Assembly (NCBI GenBank): GCA_054661495.1
Contig: BAAFSQ010000181.1
Location: 1-20,289 of the forward strand
DNA length: 20,289 bases
Source: Zygophlyctis sp. KS116
Taxonomy: Eukaryota > Fungi > Chytridiomycota
Reading direction: 5' to 3'
Below are positions 10,136-20,289 of this stretch, in pieces. The notes below the pieces were generated by a model. The model did not search any database. It was not told the origin of the DNA and saw only the letters and a program-made list of their open reading frames with translations. A program made the position numbers and the translations under genes. Each line of letters starts with the position of its first letter. Within the stretch, counting starts at the first letter, position 1.

Positions 10136-10367
10136 ATGGCAAAATCAAAAGTAAAAACTATTTTCATCTAATCATAGAACCACACAAACCATAATCAAAA
10201 TAAAAAAGCTCATCGTAACGGGATCAAGAGACCTCTTAGAAACCGATACCCTTCTCTTCGAGGAGTTGATGCTAAATTTCTTCGCAATCAGAGATTTTCT
10301 AAAAAAGGAAGTCTTGGTAATTAATTAAATATTAATATTAGTTGCTCTAAAAGCATCCAAAGCTTGA
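10136..10367 (+). CDS. RPL29: 60S ribosomal protein eL29 (59 aa), absent from the ORF track
   Basis: MAKSK|[46 protein letters not shown]|VALKASKA*. Introns 10151-10177 (27 nt) and 10317-10341 (25 nt). Confidence 0.96.
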
Positions 10368-10375
10368 TTATTTTT

Positions 10376-11070
10376 TTAAAAATCTAGACTGAAATAAAAA
10401 GTATAATTTTTAAATCGATCATTGAGCCAAGTTTCTTCAATTTCCAATTTAGAATCTCTAGAAAGAGCAATCATTTGTTGAATATTTGTATTTCTCGGCA
10501 TAAAGAAGATTATTCTAGTTGAAATTTTCCTAAATTTCTTCATTAATTTACATGTTGAAATTGGTAATTCATCAATCCCAATACAAGATATTTTACTGTA
10601 ATTGGGACCACCCCATGGAGGAGAAGCAAATATTAAATCAATTGAAGATTTTAATTTTTCCAATTCTGTAAATACATCTCCACATATAAATGTAATATTT
10701 TGAATTACATTATAAATAATTGCATTATTCTTTGCAGCTTCAATTTTTACAGGATCAATATCAATTGCAATAACTAGAAATTTTAAATTATTTTTAATAC
10801 CTTTATGATTCTTTGCAAACTGAATAGTATTTCCTCCGACTCCACAGAATGCATCAAGAATAACAGTTACAGATTTAGGAATTTTAGAAGAGATATGACT
10901 TGCTATTTTCTCTGGAGTTACAGAAAACCAACTTTCTTTCAATGAAAATTATAAAATATACCATGATCCATTAGAATCCCATCATCATATTTTGAGAATA
11001 GAGAGTATCTATTATGATAATACTTTTTCATTTGAGCAGAAAAGTCTTGAGGATGAGAAAGAAAGGCCAT
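10376..11070 (-). CDS. TGS1: Trimethylguanosine synthase (snRNA/snoRNA cap hypermethylase), ~213 aa
   Basis: KYYHNRYSLFSKYDDGILMDH|ESWFSVTPE, DAFCGVGGNTIQFA, IAIDID, SPPWGGP. Introns 10936-10961 (26 nt) and 10774-10800 (27 nt, in frame). Confidence 0.94.
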
Positions 11071-11127
11071 TTTCTTGGTTTTGTTTTGCAAATTTGTGTT
11101 TTATCATGATCAGTCTGAGACATTGAT

Positions 11128-11222
11128 GATCAACTAGAACGATCAACTAGAACGATCGGACGGGGATAAATCAGACTAGTAAATCAGACTAGTAAATCAG
11201 ATCAATTAAATAGATTAAATAG
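11128..11222. repeat. Three adjacent short tandem duplications in a divergent intergenic region
   Basis: GATCAACTAGAAC x2.3 (11128-11157), TAAATCAGACTAG x2.7 (11167-11201) and ATTAAATAG x2 (11205-11222). Confidence 0.9.
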
Positions 11223-11288
11223 ACAAAGCACGCAGTTTAGCGTCGGCTCAACTAAGCAAGCGGAAAGTCTTAAATTTAATATTTGAAA

Positions 11289-11925
11289 ATGTTGTCTGCT
11301 TGTGATGCCAATGAACTTGAACAAGAGCCAGTCTCTCTAACTAAAATACTATTAACTGAACTATCGGTACGGTTTAAAATTATAATCATGTAGAGCGAAG
11401 ACGAGGCTGAAGATGTGGATTATGCTCAAATGGACTCTGAAAAGGAAGATGATGAGGAAGAAGAAGAAGAAGAAAAAGATATCGATCCAGAAGAAGTACA
11501 GGATATTGTAATGGGTCATATGTCTTTACAAAATACAATGGAATTAAGAGGCGGAAAGGAACTCTCACAGGCTTATAGAGAGTCTACAATTATGCAGGAT
11601 TTCTCTTCTGATGAGGACGATGAAGAATATCAGGATGTTGACTCTCAAGATGATGAATTGGATTCAGAAGAAGAAATGGATGATCAGGATGAAGAATTAG
11701 ATACTGAAGAAGTTCAAGATACTCTTTTGAATACAGGTAATTAGACTAGTTAAAATTTGTAGCGCAAGTAGTTGGAGAAAAAGAGGAATTGTTGATCAAT
11801 AAGAATAAAGTACTGCGTCATGGAAAGGAAATTTCATCTGGAGAAGTTGGGGATTTAACTGATCAAATTAAACAGGTAATTTAAATTGGAATTTAAAGAC
11901 ATCAGTTGATGCAGCCATTGAATAG
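11289..11925 (+). CDS. Highly acidic orphan protein, ~186 aa, with two LRxGKE motifs
   Basis: aaaATG at 11289. Introns 11367-11393 (27 nt), 11737-11762 (26 nt) and 11876-11898 (23 nt) give one frame ending TSVDAAIE*. Long D/E tracts. Confidence 0.75.
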
Positions 11926-11962
11926 TCCAGAAATTGTTTGAAAATTTGATTTAAAAAAAATA

Positions 11963-14669
11963 ATGAAATTGGACTTTAAAGTGAGATTTTGATGAGACTA
12001 AATTTAGTTTTCTAATCTATGTGGGACAGTTTATAGTAGAGGAGATCTGATCTTTACTCCGGATGGCAATAAGCTGTTATCGCCAGTTGGAAATAAGATT
12101 TCTGAATTTGATCTGGTCAAGTAAGATTTTTTTTATTAATGGCTAGTAATGCATCTACTACTTTTCCTTTTGAGACTAGACATAATATTAATAATCTGGT
12201 CTTATCACCGAATGGAACACTGCTGTTGGCAATAGATTTACAAGGGAAATGTTTACTTATAAACTATCATCGGAGAGTGGTTTTGCATCATCATTCATTC
12301 AAAGGTCCAGTCTCTAGTGTTAAATTCTCTCCAAACGGTAAAATGATTGCGGTTGCAATAGGTTCTCATATTCAATTATGGAAAAGTCCTGGATTTACTC
12401 TTGATTATTCTCCATTTACTCTGATAAGAGAACTTCCTGGTCATTATGATGCTATAAATTCTCTTTCTTGGTCTGCAGACTCTGAATTTTTATTATCTAG
12501 TTCAAAGGATATGACTGCTAGGTTATATCCTATCGCTAATATACAAGAGTTTCCTGGTGCAATACTTACTGGTCATAGAGATCAAGTTTTAGGGGCTTGG
12601 TTCTCAAAGGATATGAAATCAATCTTTTCAGTGTCTAAAGATGGGGCTCTTTTTTCTTGGTCTTTTGATAAAGAGAAATTATCAGTGATACATGAAAAAG
12701 ATGTGGATAGATCTAAAACTAGAAAAGGTGTTAAAGGTCAAAAAGTCTTTATACAAACATGGAAGAGTCTTGATAAACATTATTTTGAACAGAATCATGC
12801 TAAAGTTACTAGTGTTGCATTTCATGCAGAATCTGGTCTATTATCTTGCGGTTTTAGTTCTGGAATTTTTGGGATTTGGGAACTACCGGATTTTATCAAT
12901 ATTCATACATTGAGGTATCTAAAACTTGATTTATAAATAGTATATCCCAAAAGAAAATTACTTCGGTTGCAATTAATTGTACAGGAGAATGGATTGCATT
13001 TGGTTGTTCTAAATATGGTCAGTTGTTGGTTTGGGAATGGCAATCAGAGTCTTTTATTTTGAAACAGCAAGGGCATAGAAACGATCTTCAATGTTTGGCA
13101 TATTCTTCAGATGGTCAATTTGTAGCTACTGGAGGAGATGATGGAAAAATAAAGCTGTGGAATATGTCTTCAGGATTTTGTTTCGTAACATTTGCTGATC
13201 ATGAAGCAGCTATAACAGCAATTGATTTTATTAAGTCAAGACAAGTTCTGTTTTCGGCTTCTCTTGATGGGACTGTTAGAGCATACGATTTGGTTCGTTA
13301 TAGAAACTTTAGGACATTTAAACCTCCAAAACCGGTCCAACTCAGTTGTCTTGCTGTTGACTCAAGTGGTGAAGTTGTTTGTTCTGGAAGTCAGGAGACT
13401 TTTGAAATATTTTTATGGTCTGTCCAAACGGGAAATTTGTTGGAGGTTTTTGCAGGTCATGAAGGACCTATTTCTTCTCTTACATTTTCACCAATTGATG
13501 GAATTCTAGCATCTGCATCTTGGGATAAAACTATCAAGATTTGGGAAATATTTAAAAGGGATTCTACTCCAGAAACACTTGATCAAGGATCAGAAGTACT
13601 TACGTTGACCTATCGCCCAGACGGAAAGAGTTTGGCGGCTACAACATTAAAGGGACAGGTTGTTTTTTGGGATGTGAACCTAGGAAAGCAAGTCGGTAGT
13701 ATTGAAGGATCCAAAGACATCTCTGGTGGCCGTAATTCTCATGAGATCATTACCGCTGCTAATTCAACAAAAAATAAGCATTTTACCTCTATATGTTATA
13801 CTGCTGATGGTTCTGCTATAATTGCTGGTGGAAATTCAAAGTACATCTGCATTTATGATGTGCAGTCCCAGCAACTCTTGAAAAAATTTCAAATTTCTCA
13901 TAATTTATCTTTGGATGGAATGCATGAAATGCTTGACTCAAGAAATATGACAGAAGCAGGACCAAAAGATTTATTGGATATAGCAGATGATGAAAGTGAT
14001 TTTGAAGATCGCATGGATACCTACCTTCCAGGAGCTCAAGCAGGTGACATGAGTTTGCGAAAAACTCGCCCAAGTGCCAGGACAACCTGCGTCCGCTTTT
14101 CCCCCACAGGCAGATCATGGGCAGCCGCTTCAACAGAGGGACTCTTAATATATGCCCTTGATCAACACATAACGTTTGATCCGTTTGAATTAGAGTTAGA
14201 TATTACTCCAGACTCAGTGCGCGAAGCTTTAGAAGAACAGGCATTTTTGAAATCTATGATTATGGCATTTCGAATTGGAGAAAAAGTCTTGATTGAATCA
14301 GTATATGAATCAATACCAGTTACCGAAATAGAATTAATAACTCGAGAAATTCCCAAGCGCTACATATCAAAGTTGATTACATTCATAGCAGAGCATTTAG
14401 AAAAATCTCCCAGAATCGAATATCATCTGATGTGGTGCACTCAAATTATGAATCACTGCGGTGTTTACCTTCGTGAGCACAATACAGAATTGGCTGCTGT
14501 GCTAAGAGGGTTACAAAAGGGCCTTCAAATGAAATATGATGATCTTAGCAGACTGTAAGTTAATTAATACCTAAAATTGTCTAGTTGCGATAGTAATACA
14601 TATTCACTAGAATACATCATGGAAAAAATGGAGCTCTCTAAAGATAAAGAAGTTCTAGAATCATTTTAA
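11963..14669 (+). CDS. PWP2: Periodic tryptophan protein 2 (UTP1), WD40 subunit of the SSU processome, ~865 aa
   Basis: MKLDFK|FSNLCGTVYSRGDL, LVWEWQSESFILKQQGH, RAYDLVRYRNFRTF, FDPFELELDITP. Introns 11981-12007 (27 nt), 12121-12146 (26 nt), 12915-12940 (26 nt) and 14555-14584 (30 nt). Confidence 0.96.
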
Positions 14670-14723
14670 TAAGATTATTCCACAGATTCGAAAAATAAAA
14701 TACTGCATTTACAGAGTTGCTCT

Positions 14724-17251
<2,528 letters not shown>

Positions 17252-17300
17252 ATTTTAATTGTAAACGCGCAACCCTTCCTGCGACTTTTTTAAAAAAAGC

Positions 17301-17885
17301 TTAAATTCTTGTTTGCGACCCAAACCCAAATCTACCCTTGAATATATTGAATGATGATCCTTCTTGAGGCTTGTTTGAAGATTCAACTGGTTCTAGTTTT
17401 TCTTGTTTTTCTTGTTTTTCTTGAGGAGGTGATGGTAATACAGGAGCAACTGGAGTATAAGATGATGAATTCATTCTATTAATTAGAGCACCAACTCCTT
17501 CCATAACACCCAAGATTACACCACCAAATATTGCAGATACAAGCATTCCTCTAGTTCCAGTTCTTCCAGCTAGAATAGCTCCTGTAGATGCTCCTGCCCA
17601 TATTGCATTCCAAGAGTCTTCTTTTTCTCTAATATGAGATATGGTACAATCCATGGTATTGAATAATCCTGACCAGACAGCAAAATTTCCTCCAATGATT
17701 GGAGCTCTTGATTTTATTGATGATAATGCACCAGATAATCTTTCACCTCTAGGTGAATTTCTATAACCTTTAAATCCATGCCAAAAAGAGCCACCAATTG
17801 CTCCCATTGTAAATCCAATGCCAGTATCTCCTACAATATTGTAAGGGCATGGATCTCTTGTATGATCAGATGTTTTGTGGCCCAT
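17301..17885 (-). CDS. TIM17: Mitochondrial inner-membrane translocase subunit Tim17
   Basis: DHTRDPCP, FTMGAIGG..WHGFKGYRNSPRGER, RAPIIGGNFAVW, REKEDSWNAI. Intronless, with a QEKQEKQEK-containing C-terminal extension. Confidence 0.95.
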   Translation of the reverse strand: MGHKTSDHTRDPCPYNIVGDTGIGFTMGAIGGSFWHGFKGYRNSPRGERLSGALSSIKSRAPIIGGNFAVWSGLFNTMDCTISHIREKEDSWNAIWAGASTGAILAGRTGTRGMLVSAIFGGVILGVMEGVGALINRMNSSSYTPVAPVLPSPPQEKQEKQEKLEPVESSNKPQEGSSFNIFKGRFGFGSQTRI

Positions 17886-17936
17886 TTAAGATTTAAAAAA
17901 TTTAAAAACCTTAAACACTAATAGACCTAGCTCTAA

Positions 17937-18759
17937 ATGGAAATATTGTTTTCGAGTTCTTCAATTCAATTTACAACTGTAGAGAAACAATGCAGTCCAA
18001 AGGAATTTCTATTAATGCATCCGAGGGGAGTATATACTCTAGGTATTTCTAACATGAATGATTTTCATGATCATGCTAAAAGATTGACTAGATCAGTCCT
18101 GGATTTTTACAGTTTAAGAATTACTGATGATGATGTATGGAAACTTTATAATTTTGCTGTTTCAATTCTGCCAGAAAAATTTAGATTTACTATTCTTTTG
18201 TATTTGATGGATGGTAAAGTTCAATATTGTATGTATGCTGATATGCCGCAAGTTAAGAAAAATTCTTTAAAATCTTTATGGATTTATGGAGATCCTAGGG
18301 AGGCTCCTCTGGTCAAGGAGACAGGTTGGATTACAAATAGACAATATATTATTGATAAAATGCCATTAGAGTTTCAGGAAGCTATATTACATCAAGATCA
18401 GTATTTATATGAAGGATTAACCAGTAATATTTGTTTTGTATTTGATTCTGGTTTAAAAACACCAAATAGATCTCTTGTCTTGCCTGGTTTGTTTTTGGAA
18501 AAGGTGGAAAGATTATGCAAGACTTTAAGTATTCCTTTTGAAGAGGGAATGGTGTCTTTTGATGATGTAAGGGATTGTATTGGTGTTTTCATTACAAGTA
18601 TTCTATTACAATTTTTTAAATTTAGATATGGGACAGGGAATTCAATGGGTGAAATGTATTCAGTTAAATGGGGATTCTAATCCATTGTGGATTTATCATC
18701 CTTGTGAGAAAATAGTCTCTTTGCAGCTCAAGTTTAGTGTTTTGGACGAATATCTGTAA
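17937..18759 (+). CDS. Class IV (D-amino acid/branched-chain aminotransferase-like) PLP-fold protein, ~264 aa
   Basis: PRGVYT, REAPLVKETGW (candidate PLP Lys), LYEGLTSN, VLPG, GVFIT. A 28-nt intron (18598-18625) gives the C-terminus NMGQGIQWVKCIQL...DEYL*. Confidence 0.75.
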
Positions 18760-18815
18760 TCAAGTCAAGATTAGACGGTTTATAGTTACGTAAGACTTGC
18801 GGAATATTTTTTTGT

Positions 18816-20180
18816 ATGGATGATATTGAGGCCCGTAAAAGAGAAATTCTAAAAAGACTCAATGCTAAAATTAAAGAAGCCAGGGAATTTGAAAATTGTG
18901 ATTCTTCTTCTAAAGGATCTTTATCTAGTCGAAGGAATTTATCCGAAAATAAGGGCATTCCTGAATTAAAAGGACCGAAACCAGGCGAACAATACATTAA
19001 AGAAATGAGAATTAGAGTTTCACAAGATTCAAAAATTCCTAAATCCTTAAAACAATCTCAATTTCATGCTGTGATGGATGATAACGCTTCGATATCATCA
19101 TCCCAAACCTCAATTGCTTCAGACCACAGAATAAAGTTTCAAGGAAGAGTGCGGGATTTTTTAGCTCAGAAAAGTTCAGATGATTCCATCAAGGTATATA
19201 AAAAACCTTGGATTGGTGGGTCTGATCGAAACAAATCGTCTAAAACAGATGAAGCAAGATCTAGTCTATCATCGATCACTAAACCCAGAAAAATAGTTGC
19301 TGAAAGTACTGCTGGTCCTTCAAGACTCCGATCTATTCTAAAACCTCAAACCAGGCCTGTTTCTACAAGATCTAACATGAGTGCTACATCCAGGATATCC
19401 AAGACTTCTAAAGCATCAGAAACTTCTCAAGAATCAGAATCATCCAAGGCAACAAAGACATCCAGAACATCTAAAACATCTAGAGTTTCAGGGATTTCTT
19501 CCAGACCAGAATCTTCAAAACAATCTGAATCAATCTCTAAAATTTCCAAAACTAGCCGCCCCTCAACAACAATAAAAAGCAATCAAGAACCTCCTCTCCC
19601 AATTTCAGTAACCAAAAAGCCTATTAAATCCCTTCTGAAAAGACCTTTATCAACTCTTCCAAAAAAACCTGCTACGGAATCTTTTGAAACAACTCAAAAA
19701 CAAGACTCTGGAGATACTTCTAGATGCCAGTATTGTTCAAGACCTTTCAACACTGACCGTTTACCAAAACACGAATCCATTTGCCAGAAAACATCTCAAA
19801 AAACTGAATCTCGTGGAGCCTTTGATTCTAGCAGAAAACGCCTTGAAGGAACAGAAATCAGAGCTAAATCAGCACCTTCTAAATCCTCTGGCCATCGTAA
19901 ATCTGGAAAGTCTGAAAAAATGGGTAAATCTGAAGAATCAGATCCGCCTAAAACCAGTAATTGGCGCAAAAATCATGAAGAATTCATTAATTCTCTTAGA
20001 CAATCCAAAGCGATCTCTTCCCATATTGCGAAAGGAGGAAAAGTGACTGATTTACCCGTTATAGTCAGTAAAAACAATGGAACCCCCTGCCCTCATTGTT
20101 CTAGAAAGTTTGGAGAGTCTTCATTTGAAAGACATGTTCAGATTTGTTCTAAATTAAAACATTTTGGACCCAGGAAATAA
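18816..20180 (+). CDS. C2HC zinc-finger protein (ZC2HC1/FAM164 family) with a long S/K/T-rich disordered region
   Basis: CQYCSRPFNTDRLPKHESIC, the conserved linker SNWRKNHEEFI, and CPHCSRKFGESSFERHVQIC. Confidence 0.85.
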   Translation: MDDIEARKREILKRLNAKIKEAREFENCDSSSKGSLSSRRNLSENKGIPELKGPKPGEQYIKEMRIRVSQDSKIPKSLKQSQFHAVMDDNASISSSQTSIASDHRIKFQGRVRDFLAQKSSDDSIKVYKKPWIGGSDRNKSSKTDEARSSLSSITKPRKIVAESTAGPSRLRSILKPQTRPVSTRSNMSATSRISKTSKASETSQESESSKATKTSRTSKTSRVSGISSRPESSKQSESISKISKTSRPSTTIKSNQEPPLPISVTKKPIKSLLKRPLSTLPKKPATESFETTQKQDSGDTSRCQYCSRPFNTDRLPKHESICQKTSQKTESRGAFDSSRKRLEGTEIRAKSAPSKSSGHRKSGKSEKMGKSEESDPPKTSNWRKNHEEFINSLRQSKAISSHIAKGGKVTDLPVIVSKNNGTPCPHCSRKFGESSFERHVQICSKLKHFGPRK

Positions 20181-20289
20181 TCCCATCACAGCAATCAAAA
20201 TCTTTATTTAATTTTAATTTCCCCACAATAAACATTCCCGAGAAACCGCAGCAAATCGTGCTAAAAGAACAAGCATTTCTTATGTTTGG

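Noticed and set aside
10136-14669. RPL29-TGS1-PWP2 as a functional ribosome-biogenesis cluster
   Set aside because: Neighbouring genes are functionally unrelated, and chance adjacency is likely in such a dense genome without synteny data.
19370-19560. S-K/R-T-S repeats as a mobile or satellite element
   Set aside because: In-frame low-complexity coding sequence within the ZC2HC1 gene.

Overview
AT-rich, very gene-dense eukaryotic DNA using the standard genetic code. It is most likely from an early-diverging zoosporic fungus (chytrid-like); this is inferred from fungal-type housekeeping proteins, a ZC2HC1 zinc-finger gene and LRR-cap-like secreted proteins. The fragmented ORF track is explained by tiny GT-AG introns. 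I reconstructed 28 introns in 11 intact genes by hand; all are 23-33 nt (17 of 28 are 26-27 nt) and end in TAG (20) or AAG (8), never CAG. Positions ~1-3200 are a decaying accessory island: a frameshifted HNH-domain gene, a disrupted gene with a 54-bp duplication, a small Cys-rich secreted protein and its broken paralog. Positions 3315-20180 are a tightly packed core block: EXO1, TCP11-family, SDR, an orphan ORF, MAEA/FYV10, RPL29 (missed by the ORF track), TGS1, an acidic orphan with two LRxGK motifs, PWP2, SEC23, TIM17, a class IV aminotransferase-like gene and a ZC2HC1 gene. Many intergenic gaps are only 8-56 nt. All calls come from reading the sequence and recalled family motifs; no database searches were run.
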